A stretch of 64,000 bases of DNA from Eledone cirrhosa (taxonomy: Eukaryota): the NCBI GenBank assembly GCA_964016885.1, contig OZ024746.1:67642001-67706000 (forward strand), in the 5' to 3' direction. The notes under the pieces were generated by a model that worked only from the letters and a program-made list of their open reading frames with translations, made no database searches and had not been told where the DNA came from. The position numbers and the translations under genes were made by a program. Shown piece after piece: positions 63,615 to 64,000 of the stretch (the first letter of the stretch is position 1; every line of letters begins with the position of its first letter).

Positions 63615-64000
63615 TACTGATGAAGGACTAGTATTCAACGTACATTGGTTGTTGCCACTGGATCGCTGTTTAGATTGGTGTCCTTGCAGTGAAGGGGTGG
63701 AGTGTGCTAATTGTATGTCCAGTCCTTCGTTGCGGATGGCTCTGCGGATAGCTGTGTTTATGATTTCATTGAAGTGTGGTCCTTTCATGAAGCAGGTGTT
63801 AGATGCTTACGGCGCCTTTGATTCCTAAGACGATTCACTGCTGATGTTTGGTGTCCGTTCGTCATCCATGAAGTGTGCAGTGTGATTGACCTGATCTTCT
63901 GTCTTACTGCATTTATTGTGGATACGCGTAAGTTCATTTCTGATATAGCCGGTATTAGCACCAAGGGGAAGGGCTTACTTATAATGCACAAACAGGTCTC
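63615..64000 (-). mobile_element. Penelope-like element RT thumb/linker remnant (continues beyond the window)
   Basis: DLFVHYK*ALPLGANTGYIRNELTRIHNKCS..NGHQ..MKGPHFNEIINTAIRRAIRNEGLDIQLAHS resembles the PLE thumb (HxxSxxPxxxK..R..RxCS..NGYP..LPF). Confidence 0.72.

Overview
Repeat-saturated, AT-rich animal genomic DNA; the repeat repertoire suggests an octopus-like cephalopod (inference). No credible host protein-coding gene was seen. 1-9.23 kb is a 60-bp satellite built from three 20-bp subunits, with a 7,359-bp higher-order duplication. The rest is a mosaic of decayed mobile elements: Penelope-like elements (PLEs), two Tx1/L1-type LINEs, Dong/R4 and CRE LINE relics, an internally deleted mariner, Helitrons, two tRNA-derived SINE families and many microsatellites. 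The most striking feature, invisible in the ORF track, is a set of fold-back (inverted-repeat) insertions associated with (TA)n tracts. They come from at least five unrelated sequence families (arms of about 0.14-1.7 kb), and each carries a type-I hammerhead ribozyme motif in both arms, pointing outward. Several hammerheads are unusual: a compensatory U3-A8 core in two families, a C4 core, a mismatched 10.1-11.1 position in four families, and large structured stem-II insertions. All have palindromic stem-III loops suited to dimer-dependent cleavage. All structures were read by eye; coordinates of degenerate repeats are approximate.
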